Shown: positions 18,821 through 28,277, counted from the first letter of the stretch. The stretch: DNA of 64,000 bases from an uncultured delta proteobacterium (GCA_963782535.1 CAWAKE010000003.1:780730-844729), one strand, 5' to 3'. Program-made: numbers and translations. Notes: generated by a model not told the origin, from the sequence alone.

Positions 18821-20461
18821 TTGCCCAAACTAATCCTTTATCAGGACGAGGCACGGATCGCGCTGGGACGCGGCGTGGACAAACTGACCCGCGCGGTTCG
18901 AGCGACACTCGGCCCCAAGGGCGGCAATACGATCATTGATCGCACGATCGGTCCGCCGATCGTGTCGCGCGACGGCGTCAGTATCGCCGACGAGATCGAA
19001 CTCGAAGATCCGTTTGAGAATGTTGGCGCTCAAGTCGTACGCGAGGTTGCACGAAAAACCAGTGAGACCGTCGGAGACGGGACTACTACGGCGACGGTGC
19101 TCGCGAACGCAATTTTGCAGCGCGGGCTGGAAGCCCTCGCACGCAAGGCAAATCCAGTTGACCTTGTGCGGGGAATTGAAAGCGCCGGCGAATTCGTCAT
19201 TGCAACGCTTCAGCGTTCTGCCCGGCCAATTGCTAGCGACAAGGAATTGGAAGCGGTCGCCGCCATTGCCGCCGGCGAGGATTTCACCGGCCAGTTGGTC
19301 GCACAGGCTATCCAGAAAGTTGGCGCCCAGGGTGTCATTACGACGGAAATCGGCCAAGCCCTGATAAGCACCCTGGAAGCGGTCGAGGGTATCGCATTTG
19401 ATCGCGGCTACCTCTCTCACTACATGGCAACCAACCCCGAAAAGACCTTGGCCACGCTCGACAAGCCATATCTTTTGATGACCGATCAGCGCATCGGATC
19501 GGTGGAACAGATCGCACGAATTGTAGAGGTCGTGAAAGGTGTTGCCGGTTCGCTCCTGATAATTGCCGAAGACATTACTGGCGAGGTTGTTGCCGCACTG
19601 ATGGCCGCGAGTTCGCCCGACACGCCGATTGTCGCAATCCATCCGCCCGAGTACGGGAAGTGGCGACAAGCCACGCTTGAAGATCTTGCGATCATGACCG
19701 GGGGGCGGGTGCTTGCGCGAGAGACCGGAGGTCGTCTCGAGACGGCCCAGCTAAAGGACCTCGGAAGAGCGCGAGCAGCGACAATTTCGGGCCAGCGCAC
19801 GGTGATTACCGGTGGCCAGGGAGATGCCGGGGAGATAGCCGCGCGCCGTGAACTGATCGGCCAGCAACTGGCCGATGCTTCTGAACAACCGACCGAGTTG
19901 GACAAGCTCAAGGAGCGCATGGCGAAACTGTGCGGCGGTAGTGCGGTAATTCGGGTCGGCGGGGCTTCGCTCAGCGAGCAGCGCCGGCGCTCCCAGATGA
20001 TCGAAAACGCGATCAATGCCGCACACGCCGCGGTTGAGGAAGGTATACTTCCCGGCGGTGGAACCGGACTGATGCGCGCCGTGCCGAAATTGCAGGAGCT
20101 CATCGATTCGGCATCGGGCGACGTGAAGGAAGGGATGCGAATCGTTCAGCGCGCTGCGGCCGAGCCGCTGCGATGCATCGCCGAAAATTGCGGCGTCGAT
20201 CCGGATGAAACCGAACAGCGCGTTTCGAAGTCCGGCCCGGAAATCGGATTCAATGCTCGTAACGGCACGTTCGAAAATCTGATCGCCAGCGGCGTCATAG
20301 ATCCGGTCAGAACCTGTTGCACCGCATTGCGAAGCGCAATTTCGGTGGCTGGTTTGCTCTTGACGACCAATACCGTGATTGTAACGAGGCCGGATTACGT
20401 GGATGTCACGACTAGTGCAGCCCGCGGCGGTGGCATGGAAGAAGTCATCGACGAATCATAA
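18821..20461 (+). CDS. groL: GroEL-like chaperonin paralogue dedicated to the SDIMO (MimG-like)
   Basis: 546 aa Cpn60 (GDGTTTATVLA, AVEEGILPGGG); no C-terminal GGM repeat tail; actinobacterial-type N-terminus (KLILYQDEAR); TTG start with GGAG RBS. Confidence 0.85.
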   Translation: MPKLILYQDEARIALGRGVDKLTRAVRATLGPKGGNTIIDRTIGPPIVSRDGVSIADEIELEDPFENVGAQVVREVARKTSETVGDGTTTATVLANAILQRGLEALARKANPVDLVRGIESAGEFVIATLQRSARPIASDKELEAVAAIAAGEDFTGQLVAQAIQKVGAQGVITTEIGQALISTLEAVEGIAFDRGYLSHYMATNPEKTLATLDKPYLLMTDQRIGSVEQIARIVEVVKGVAGSLLIIAEDITGEVVAALMAASSPDTPIVAIHPPEYGKWRQATLEDLAIMTGGRVLARETGGRLETAQLKDLGRARAATISGQRTVITGGQGDAGEIAARRELIGQQLADASEQPTELDKLKERMAKLCGGSAVIRVGGASLSEQRRRSQMIENAINAAHAAVEEGILPGGGTGLMRAVPKLQELIDSASGDVKEGMRIVQRAAAEPLRCIAENCGVDPDETEQRVSKSGPEIGFNARNGTFENLIASGVIDPVRTCCTALRSAISVAGLLLTTNTVIVTRPDYVDVTTSAARGGGMEEVIDES

Positions 20462-20537
20462 GGGCGTTCCTCTGATACGCAGTCGCGCGTCTTCAAAGAT
20501 TGCGCGGAGCGATCGAAAGCAAGAAAATCCAGCAGTC

Positions 20538-20576
20538 AGCGCCAGCCGATCTTTCGGCTGGCGCTTTTTATTTTTC
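20538..20576 (+). terminator. rho-independent terminator of the SDIMO-groEL operon
   Basis: AGCGCCAGCCGA-tcttt-TCGGCTGGCGCT followed by TTTTTATTTTT. Confidence 0.65.
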
Positions 20577-20682
20577 AAGTTCAAGCGCGCAATTCCAAGA
20601 GACGCACGAATCGGCGCCTTAGGCCGAGCGGAAAGAACGCGAAATCGCCAAGGTTTGTCAAAATATTACAAGCTAAGAAAAA

Positions 20683-20754
20683 TGCCCCGGCCGGGAATCG
20701 AACCCGGACTTGAGGTTCCGGAGACCTCCGTGATGTCCTTTTCACTACCGGGGC
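20683..20754 (-). tRNA. tRNA-Arg (anticodon CCG)
   Basis: Cloverleaf folded by hand: acceptor GCCCCGG/CCGGGGC, D-stem GTGA/TCAC, anticodon stem GAGGT/ACCTC with loop CTCCGGA, T-arm CCGGG-TTCGATT-CCCGG, discriminator A; CCA not encoded. Confidence 0.8.
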
Positions 20755-20884
20755 ACAAGGCAAGCGGCTGACGAAAGCAGTATATCAGGCGAGCAGGGCG
20801 GACAAGAGCATGCCGCGAAAACCGCCCGATGCGACCGCGTCGCGGCGCCGTCACAGCGCGGCGGATTTCGCGACCTTTCTCGCT

Positions 20885-22093
20885 TCAGACCGCTTCCGCA
20901 TCACGCAAGGCTCCGATCTCCTCCCATGAATAACCGAGTTCGAGCAGGATTTCCTCGGTGTGCTGCCCGTGCTCCGACACCGGCTTCGCTTCCGTCGCAA
21001 TCTCGCCGTTAAGCGATACCGGGCAGCCGGTCACCGTGATCTTTCCCGCCACCGGATGATCGAGGTCGAGCAGGTAGCCATTGGCGCGCGCCTGTTCGCT
21101 ATTGAGCACCTGGTGATGGTTCGCAACTTCGGTCACCAGGATGTCAGCCGCGGTGAGCTCGGCGAGCCATTCCTGCGTGGTCTTATTCGGGAAAATCTCG
21201 TCGAGTATTCTTTCGATTTTTTCGCCGCGAAAGTTGCGCGTGGCATTGTCGAACTCGGGGTCGTCTTGAAGCTTCTCGATACCCATGATGCGGCAGAAAT
21301 CCGGCCAGCGTTTGTCATCGACGCCGGCGATACAGATGAAGTTGTCTTTCGTGCGAAACGCGCCCCACACTCCGTGCAGAAACGGATGGCCGCGGCCCGC
21401 GCGCGGCGGCTCCTCACCGGTCAGCGACGCGTAGTTGAGCTCGAAGCCTTGCGACGCGATCATGGTCCCGTAAATCGACGCATCGACCTTCTGGCTCTTG
21501 CCGGTGCGCTCACGCGCGAACAACGCCGCCATCACACCGCCCGCCAGCGTCAACGCTCCGGTCTGGTCCGCGATCGCCGCACCGGCCGCCAGCGGCGGGT
21601 CCGACGGCATCCCGGTCTTCGACATCAACCCGCTGGCCGCTTGCGCGAGCGTATCGCGGCTCGGTCGTGAAACCCACGGGCCGCGCGGACCCCACGAACT
21701 GGCTTGCGCATAGACGATTTTCGGATTGAGCTTGCGCACGTCCTCGTAGCCGAGTCCGAGCCGGTCGAGTACGCCCGGCCGATAGTTGGTCAGCAGCACG
21801 TCATGGGTCGCCACCAGCCGTTTGACGACTTCGATCCCTTGCGGCTTCTTCAAATCGACCGTAATGCTGCGCTTGCCCCGGTTCATCGCAATGAAATAGT
21901 GCGAGACGTTCGCGTTCTTCGTGTCCGGCCCTCCAATCAGGGCGGCCAGCAGCCAGCGGCTCAGATCACCGGTTTCGCGATTTTCGACCTTGGTGATTTC
22001 GGCCCCGAGATCGGCCAGGAACAGCCCCGCGAACGGACCCTGGATCTCCTGCGCGATCTCGATAACCTTAATTCCTTCAAGCGGCTTACTCAT
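20885..22093 (-). CDS. CoA-transferase family III (CaiB/BaiF) protein
   Basis: Starts MSKPLEGIKVIEIAQ...; typical family III fold, about 400 aa; the 717-aa ORF-track call has a spurious 314-aa N-terminal extension overlapping the divergent methyltransferase. Confidence 0.8.
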   Translation of the reverse strand: MSKPLEGIKVIEIAQEIQGPFAGLFLADLGAEITKVENRETGDLSRWLLAALIGGPDTKNANVSHYFIAMNRGKRSITVDLKKPQGIEVVKRLVATHDVLLTNYRPGVLDRLGLGYEDVRKLNPKIVYAQASSWGPRGPWVSRPSRDTLAQAASGLMSKTGMPSDPPLAAGAAIADQTGALTLAGGVMAALFARERTGKSQKVDASIYGTMIASQGFELNYASLTGEEPPRAGRGHPFLHGVWGAFRTKDNFICIAGVDDKRWPDFCRIMGIEKLQDDPEFDNATRNFRGEKIERILDEIFPNKTTQEWLAELTAADILVTEVANHHQVLNSEQARANGYLLDLDHPVAGKITVTGCPVSLNGEIATEAKPVSEHGQHTEEILLELGYSWEEIGALRDAEAV

Positions 22094-22294
22094 GGTTTCG
22101 AACCCCCGCACCAAATTGCTGTGCTTCGACGAAGCGGGCGCATTATCACGCGCTTTCGCCGCGCTCTTCAAGCCCGTCGCGAAATTCGCTGAACGCTGTG
22201 CCCGGTAAATCTCTCCGCGAGCTACTGAATTGCCGAGATGCGGGCCGCATCGTGCCATTTTGCAGTTGCACCGACCGCGGCTAAGCTGCGCGCC

Positions 22295-23077
22295 ATGGAA
22301 ACGAGCATTTATGAATTCCCCGATATCTTCCGCCGCGTACATATGGAGCGGCCGGGTGAGGTTGAACAGGAGACCGAATTCTTGCGCGAAGTCTGGCGAC
22401 ACCATTATCGGCGCCCGGTCCAGCGCGTGCTCGACATCGCATGCGGTAATTCGCCGCACGGGCAAATTCTGGCGCGGGCTGGAATCGCGGCGGTGGGCGT
22501 GGATAACTCGCCGTCGATGATCGCTGCGGGGCGCACCGAGTCGCGGAGGTCCGGCGACATGCGCTTCTATCGCCGTAAAATCGAGCGCTTCAAACTGTCC
22601 GAACGCCCCTTCGACGCCGCCATCTTCATGTGTGAGACCTTTCCGGTGCTCCGGACCAACGTCGCATTGATGTCGCATCTGAAGTCGGTCGCGAGACTGC
22701 TCAAACGCGGCGGCCTCTATTGCATCGATATCGATCGTCACGACGGCGTCGAGCTGGTCACGCGCCGGCGCCTGTGGCGCGAGCGCAAAGTTAAAATCGG
22801 GGCGGTCGGCGTGGACGTGTGCGAATTTCATCGCCCGATTGCATGGGACGATGCGATGCACTCGATGTACGAACTCGAATGTACAATTCGCTTCCCCGAT
22901 CGCAAAGTCGTTACGCGCGACCTTATCCCGGTGCGCTATACCACGCCGCCACTGATGGACCTGCTGGCGCGCGCATCGGGCTGCTTCAAATTGCTCGCAT
23001 GCTATCCCGATCTTTCGTTCACGCGGCCGCTTGCCCAATGCGACGGTCGCTGGCTCGCCGTGCTCAAACGCTCTTAA
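22295..23077 (+). CDS. class I SAM-dependent methyltransferase
   Basis: VLDIACGNSPHG motif I; start trimmed to ATG 22295 (METSIYEF...). Confidence 0.75.
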   Translation: METSIYEFPDIFRRVHMERPGEVEQETEFLREVWRHHYRRPVQRVLDIACGNSPHGQILARAGIAAVGVDNSPSMIAAGRTESRRSGDMRFYRRKIERFKLSERPFDAAIFMCETFPVLRTNVALMSHLKSVARLLKRGGLYCIDIDRHDGVELVTRRRLWRERKVKIGAVGVDVCEFHRPIAWDDAMHSMYELECTIRFPDRKVVTRDLIPVRYTTPPLMDLLARASGCFKLLACYPDLSFTRPLAQCDGRWLAVLKRS

Positions 23078-23085
23078 TTATTTGC

Positions 23086-23114
23086 TTTCGCTTTCTCGCG
23101 TCGCGAAATTTTAT
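23086..23114. terminator. hairpin TTTCGC...GCGAAA plus TTTTATT between convergent methyltransferase and thiE
   Basis: 6-bp stem, 11-nt loop, T-run. Confidence 0.3.
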
Positions 23115-23139
23115 TGGCCCGGTGAGTGCGGTCGCGTCA

Positions 23140-23745
23140 TCACGATGCGATTGCGCTGACCAAGTCGCGCATCGCCGCGGCCGGATCCGGCGTATCGTAG
23201 ATGGCGCCGATAGTCGCGATACCAAACGGTCCGTGCGCGCCCGCTGCGGCCCTCGCAGTTCGTAGTTCCCGGATGCGGCTCGCCGTGATTCCCCCCAGCG
23301 CATATAGCGGAATCGACGCAGCGCGACCGGCCTCGATCATTCCTTCCGCACCGCGCGCGACGGTGTAACCGGCTTTCGATAGCGGATCGAATATTGGCCC
23401 GTACACTATAAAGTCTGCGCCGGCCTGTGATGCGGCGAGCACCTCGCCGTTCTCGTGCGTCGATACTCCAACCAGCCGGTTGTGTCCGATCAGCGTGCGA
23501 GCGTCGGCAACCGAAAATGAATCCGCCGGCAGATGAACGCCGTCTGCGCGCACCGCGCTCGCTACGTCGAGGCGATCGTTCACCAGCAGGCGCGCGCCGT
23601 TGCGATCGCAGATCGTGCGGAGCTGCCGTCCCAGCTCGACCAGCTCGCGCGCGTCGAGGTCCTTCTCGCGCAATTGCACCGCGACAGTTGCCGGCGGCGC
23701 CGCCGCCAGCGCTGCCGCAGTCATCGCGATCAGCCCGCCGCGCAC
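23140..23745 (-). CDS. thiE: thiamine-phosphate synthase
   Basis: ThiE fold motifs (LLVNDRLDVA, GVHLP, LVGVSTH, YGPIF). Confidence 0.85.
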   Translation of the reverse strand: MRGGLIAMTAAALAAAPPATVAVQLREKDLDARELVELGRQLRTICDRNGARLLVNDRLDVASAVRADGVHLPADSFSVADARTLIGHNRLVGVSTHENGEVLAASQAGADFIVYGPIFDPLSKAGYTVARGAEGMIEAGRAASIPLYALGGITASRIRELRTARAAAGAHGPFGIATIGAIYDTPDPAAAMRDLVSAIAS

Positions 23746-23806
23746 GGCCGCGAGCTTGCGGTCCGTGATGAGGTAAATCTTGAATCTCGGTTCGATCGCT
23801 CGCGCC

Positions 23807-24583
23807 TCAGCGAATCAATCCGCCGAGCGGACTCGATGCCGTCGCGTAGAGCTTGCGCTCGATGCGCCCGGCTCTGTATGCGAGGCGGCCCGCTTCCACA
23901 GCAAGCCGCATCGCCCGCGCCATCGCGACCGGATCCTTCGCGCTCGCAATCGCCGAATTGATCAGGAGCCCGTCGCACCCAAGCTCCATCGCCTCGGCCG
24001 CGTCGGAGGCCGTGCCTACACCGGCATCGACGATCACTGGAACTTTTGCCTGTTCCATGATGATGCGCAGGTTGAATGGATTGCGAATCCCCATGCCCGA
24101 GCCGATCGGCGCCGCCAGTGGCATCACCGCCGCGCAACCGATCTCTGCGAGCCGCAGGCATGCAACCGGGTCGTCGGTGATGTACGGCAGGACCTTGAAG
24201 CCGTCCTTCACCAGAATTTTCGCGGCTTCCAGAGTCGCCGGCACGTCGGGGAAGAGCGTCGCCTGATCGCCGATAACCTCGAGCTTCACCAGATCGCCGA
24301 CGCCTGCCTCGCGCGCCAACCGGCAAGTGCGAACCGCGTCTTCCACCGTGTAGCAGCCGGCCGTATTCGGCAGGATTTGATATTTTTTCGGGTCAATATA
24401 GTCGAGCAGGTTTTCCTTGCTCGAATCTGTGATATTCACTCGGCGCACGGCGACCGTCACGATTTCGGCCCCGCTTTCCTCGATCGCGGCGCAGGTCTCG
24501 GCAAAGTCCCGATACTTGCCCGTGCCGACGATCAGGCGCGACTTGTAGTGCTTGCCTGCCAGTTCAAAGGAGTCGTCTTTCAT
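23807..24583 (-). CDS. thiG: thiazole synthase
   Basis: 258 aa; RLIVGTGKY and downstream motifs of ThiG. Confidence 0.9.
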   Translation of the reverse strand: MKDDSFELAGKHYKSRLIVGTGKYRDFAETCAAIEESGAEIVTVAVRRVNITDSSKENLLDYIDPKKYQILPNTAGCYTVEDAVRTCRLAREAGVGDLVKLEVIGDQATLFPDVPATLEAAKILVKDGFKVLPYITDDPVACLRLAEIGCAAVMPLAAPIGSGMGIRNPFNLRIIMEQAKVPVIVDAGVGTASDAAEAMELGCDGLLINSAIASAKDPVAMARAMRLAVEAGRLAYRAGRIERKLYATASSPLGGLIR

Positions 24584-24625
24584 CTCTATTTCCTGGCGAT
24601 TCGCCGCAGCGATATTTGCGCGCGC

Positions 24626-24838
24626 TCATCCGCCACCCACGAAGTTTACGATTTCTACAATATCACCCGCCGCCAGCGTAACGCTGTCCCAATGCCCCTT
24701 CGGCACGATCTCTCGATTGATTTCCACCGCGACGCGCCCACGTTTGAGCCGCAGGCCTTCGATCAGTGAATTCAAGCGAGCGTCGCCAGTTACGGCATAG
24801 GCCTCGCCGTTGAGGGTGATTTGAATTGTGCTGGACAT
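24626..24838 (-). CDS. thiS: sulfur-carrier protein ThiS
   Basis: 70 aa ending in GG; immediately upstream of thiG. Confidence 0.8.
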   Translation of the reverse strand: MSSTIQITLNGEAYAVTGDARLNSLIEGLRLKRGRVAVEINREIVPKGHWDSVTLAAGDIVEIVNFVGGG

Positions 24839-24990
24839 TGAAAGGCCGCTTCCGACTTTCCCGGGAAGCGGCCGAGCTGCGAAACCCGATCGTTCCGCAT
24901 TGGACTGGCTTCCCTACGCCGGCATTACCCGGATCAGGTTCAAGGGGTCCCCTTACGAGTTCTCAGTGCTTGCGCACGCCCCCAGCCACT
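24839..24990 (-). promoter_or_regulatory. TPP (THI-box) riboswitch with SD-sequestering helix, upstream of thiSGE
   Basis: minus strand reads ...CTGAGAACTCGTAAGGGGACCCCTTGAACCTGATCCGGGTAATGCCGGCGTAGGGAAGCC, the canonical THI element; followed by GGCCGCTTCC...GGAAGCGGCC hairpin covering the GGAAG RBS just before the thiS ATG. Confidence 0.8.
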
Positions 24991-25115
24991 TCGACCTATA
25001 CCACCGCCGATTCGCGCCTGTCAAAACGCGCGGCACGGAATCGGGAACGTCCCCGCTCACGGGTGCCCGTCCCGATTCTGCCACTGTCGATCTGCGGCGT
25101 TGAAGCTTGTGTGGC

Positions 25116-25385
25116 TTAGATTGGCGAATTCAGGCGTGGATCGTCGCTCGCAATGCAGACCGCATTACCCATCCGGATCGCCTCATCTGCAGATCGGCGC
25201 TCATTTGTCAGCCGGGCATCCTGACACTGTCCCGCCTTGTCAAATGACTGCTCGATCGTCCACCTGCTCATTTGTGCTGAGTTTTCAGTGCGTACAGGGC
25301 CGAACCACCAGATTCTCGTGGTCGGCGGCACTATCAGATACCAGCCCATCATCAAGGCTAGTACGGCGATATGTTTCATCTTCAT
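25116..25385 (-). CDS. small hypothetical protein with N-terminal signal-peptide-like segment
   Basis: MKMKHIAVLALMMGWYLIV...; lies in a lower-GC stretch between the riboswitch and alr; weak support. Confidence 0.3.
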   Translation of the reverse strand: MKMKHIAVLALMMGWYLIVPPTTRIWWFGPVRTENSAQMSRWTIEQSFDKAGQCQDARLTNERRSADEAIRMGNAVCIASDDPRLNSPI

Positions 25386-25576
25386 TGTATGACGGTATCA
25401 GGTCGTCCGGCATAACCCTAATCGAGAATCAAGCGCCAGGTCTGTTGATTCAATTTGCCTGCGCCCATGCCTTTCGATTGCGTGCACCGTTCGTGCAGCG
25501 GATGATCGGCGCGAGGCGTCGGCGCGGACCGTTGCGGCGTCTTGTGCAGAATCACGACAACGGCCCGAGTCTTTTT

Positions 25577-26704
25577 ATGACGACAGCGATCGGACGGCCG
25601 ACCTTCGCGGAAATCGACCTCGGCGCGCTGCGCGCGAATTACCGAGCCCTGTGCGCTTACACCAACGGCGCCTCTATCATGGCGGTGGTGAAAGCCGACG
25701 CCTACGGTCACGGCGCCGAGGAAGTCGCTCGCATTCTGCGCCAGGAGGGGTGCGCTGATTTCGGCGTCGCAACGGTTGAGGAAGCTCGCGAACTGCGCGC
25801 GGCCGGCCTGGGCGAACGTATCTATCTGCTCGCCGGTTATTTCGCCGATCAGGCCCCCGAGATTGTTACCCTCGATCTCGTCGCGCCGATCTTCGATCTC
25901 TCCCTGATTGAACCGTTGGAGCGCGCCGCCAGCGCACAGGGGCGACGCGGCTTTGCCGTACATCTCGAAATCGACACTGGATCGACCCGCCTCGGAATAA
26001 TGCCGGCAGATTTGACCCAAGCGGCCGAACGGCTCCGCCACGCGCCCTCGCTGGCGGTCGAAGGGGTGGGTACACTGCTCGCCAACGCGGGCGATCCGGC
26101 CAGCCCCATTACCTATCGGCAACTCGCGGTGTTTCGCGCCGCGGTCGCGGCCCTGAATGCCGCCGGTTTCAAATTGCCGGTGCGCCACGCCGCCAATTCC
26201 GCCGCGATGGTCCTGCGCGCCGACGCTCACTTCAGCTTGATGCGCCCGGGGCTCGCGCTCTATGGATTGCCGCCGGTGCAGGCGGTGCGCGACCACCTCG
26301 AATTGCGCCCCGTCATGACCTTCAAGACCCGCGTATTGCAGGTCAAACGCGTACCAGCCGGATGCGGGGTCAGCTACGGGCATACCTTCGTCGCGCCGCG
26401 CGAGAGCGTGATCGGTGTGCTCGCGGTCGGCTACGCCGACGGCTATCGCCGTGGGTTGCAGCACGGCGGCGAGGTTCTGGTGCGCGGGCGCCGGGCGCCG
26501 ATCGTCGGCGCGGTATGCATGGACCTGACGATGGTCGATTTGACCGAGGTTCCGGGCGTGGAAATCGGCGATGAGGTAATCTTGTGGGGCGGTACCGGCG
26601 AAGCGATGATCAGTGTCAATGATATCGCGCGGCTCGCGCAGACCATTTCCTACGAGATGCTCTGCACGGTCGGCCGCCGCGTGCCGCGTATTTATCGGAG
26701 TTGA
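25577..26704 (+). CDS. alr: alanine racemase
   Basis: PLP site AVVKADAYGHG; start trimmed to ATG 25577 (MTTAIGRPTFAEIDL...); upstream 159 codons of the ORF-track call are non-coding-like. Confidence 0.85.
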   Translation: MTTAIGRPTFAEIDLGALRANYRALCAYTNGASIMAVVKADAYGHGAEEVARILRQEGCADFGVATVEEARELRAAGLGERIYLLAGYFADQAPEIVTLDLVAPIFDLSLIEPLERAASAQGRRGFAVHLEIDTGSTRLGIMPADLTQAAERLRHAPSLAVEGVGTLLANAGDPASPITYRQLAVFRAAVAALNAAGFKLPVRHAANSAAMVLRADAHFSLMRPGLALYGLPPVQAVRDHLELRPVMTFKTRVLQVKRVPAGCGVSYGHTFVAPRESVIGVLAVGYADGYRRGLQHGGEVLVRGRRAPIVGAVCMDLTMVDLTEVPGVEIGDEVILWGGTGEAMISVNDIARLAQTISYEMLCTVGRRVPRIYRS

Positions 26705-26711
26705 ATTCATC

Positions 26712-28277
26712 ATGGCAATTTCAAGCGTAAAGATTGGACGGGCGCTTCTCGGCGTATCGGATAAGCGGGGACTGACCGAACTGGCCAGCGCGCTCGCGCG
26801 TCACGAGGTCGAGATGCTCTCGACCGGCGGCACCCAGGCGGCTTTGAAGCAGGCGGGCATCGCCGTCAAGTCGGTCGAGGAGTTTACCGATTTTCCGGAG
26901 ATTCTCGGCGGCCGCGTTAAGACTCTGCATCCGAAGATCCATGGCGGCATCCTCGCGCGGCGCGACGATCCAACCCATCAACGCGAAATGGGCCGTCACG
27001 GTTTCGAGCCGATCGACATGGTGGTGGTAAATTTCTATCCGTTCGAGCAGACCGTCGCGCGCGCCGGGGTGACCCTCGGGGAGGCAATCGAAAATATCGA
27101 TATCGGCGGACCGACGCTGGTTCGCGCAGCGGCCAAAAACCACGCCGACGTCGCGGTCGTGGTCGATCCCGCGGATTACCCGGCGATCATTCGTGAGCTC
27201 GACGAAAACGAGGGATTCATCTCGGTTGAGACGCGCTGGCGCCTCGCCCGCAAAGCCTTTGCCCGGGTCACCGCCTACGATTGCGCCATCTCGAACTACC
27301 TCGGCAGCTACGCCGGCGGCGAGGCCGGTCCCCTCGGCGACACCTTCAGCCTCTCGCTACCTCGCGCCCAGATGTTGCGCTACGGCGAGAACCCTCATCA
27401 GATTGGCGCGCTCTACGGCGACTTCCCGCGCATCGCCGAGCAACTTCACGGCAAGGAGCTTTCCTTTAACAACGTCTTCGACATCAGCTCGGCGATCAAC
27501 CTGATGTGCGAATTCGAAGATTTCGATCAGGCGGTGGTCGCGATTCTGAAACACAATACGCCCTGCGGCGTCGGCGTCGGAGCGACCCTCAAGGCGGCTT
27601 GGGACAAGGCTTTCGCCACCGACCCCGACTCGCCGTTCGGCGGCATCATCATCTCCAATCGCCCTTGGGATCTCGAGTTTGCGCGCGCCGTCGATGAACT
27701 TTTTACCGAGGTTCTGATCGCGCCGGACTATCCGGCCGAGGTGGTCGAGTTCCTGCGCAAGAAGAAAAACCGCCGCGTGATGCGCTTTCATCCCAACGCG
27801 ATCAATCGCCGCGAACTCGATCTCAAAAAAGTTGTCGGCGGACTGCTGGTGCAAACGCCCGACTTGAGTATCGAGGATCCGCGGGCAGCCAGGGTTGTGA
27901 CGAAACGCGTGCCGACCACGGCCGAGATGGACGCGCTGCGCTTCGGCCTGCGTGTGTGCAAGCACGTGAAATCCAACGCGATCGCTTTCGTCGCCGCGGA
28001 TCGCACTTTGGCCGTTGGCGGCGGCGCGACCTCGCGCATTGACCCGGTTTTCGCGGCGCGCGAAAAGGCTTCACGGCTGGGTGTCTCGCTCAAGGGTTCG
28101 GTGCTGGTGTCGGAGGCCCTGTTTCCCTTCCCCGACGGACCCACGCTCGCGGCCGAGGCTGGCGCTACGGCGATCGCTCAGCCCGGTGGAGCCGTGCGCG
28201 ACGAAGAGGTGATTGCGACCGCCGACAAGCTCGGCCTCGCGATGGTGTTCACCGGCGTTCGCCACTTCCGCCATTGA
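26712..28277 (+). CDS. purH: bifunctional AICAR transformylase / IMP cyclohydrolase
   Basis: MGS-like N-terminus (ALLGVSDKRGL) and AICARFT domain; start trimmed to ATG 26712. Confidence 0.9.
   Translation: MAISSVKIGRALLGVSDKRGLTELASALARHEVEMLSTGGTQAALKQAGIAVKSVEEFTDFPEILGGRVKTLHPKIHGGILARRDDPTHQREMGRHGFEPIDMVVVNFYPFEQTVARAGVTLGEAIENIDIGGPTLVRAAAKNHADVAVVVDPADYPAIIRELDENEGFISVETRWRLARKAFARVTAYDCAISNYLGSYAGGEAGPLGDTFSLSLPRAQMLRYGENPHQIGALYGDFPRIAEQLHGKELSFNNVFDISSAINLMCEFEDFDQAVVAILKHNTPCGVGVGATLKAAWDKAFATDPDSPFGGIIISNRPWDLEFARAVDELFTEVLIAPDYPAEVVEFLRKKKNRRVMRFHPNAINRRELDLKKVVGGLLVQTPDLSIEDPRAARVVTKRVPTTAEMDALRFGLRVCKHVKSNAIAFVAADRTLAVGGGATSRIDPVFAAREKASRLGVSLKGSVLVSEALFPFPDGPTLAAEAGATAIAQPGGAVRDEEVIATADKLGLAMVFTGVRHFRH

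Noticed and set aside
20885-23038. 717-aa ORF-track call for the CoA-transferase
   Set aside because: The N-terminal 314 aa have no domain content and are Arg/His-rich. They overlap the oppositely oriented methyltransferase gene. An internal Met at 22093 (MSKPLEGIKVIEIAQ) gives a full-length family-III CoA-transferase.
25100-25576. N-terminal 159-codon extension of the alanine racemase ORF
   Set aside because: It is low-complexity, crosses a low-GC promoter-like region and overlaps the riboswitch leader. The conserved Alr N-terminus begins at ATG 25577.
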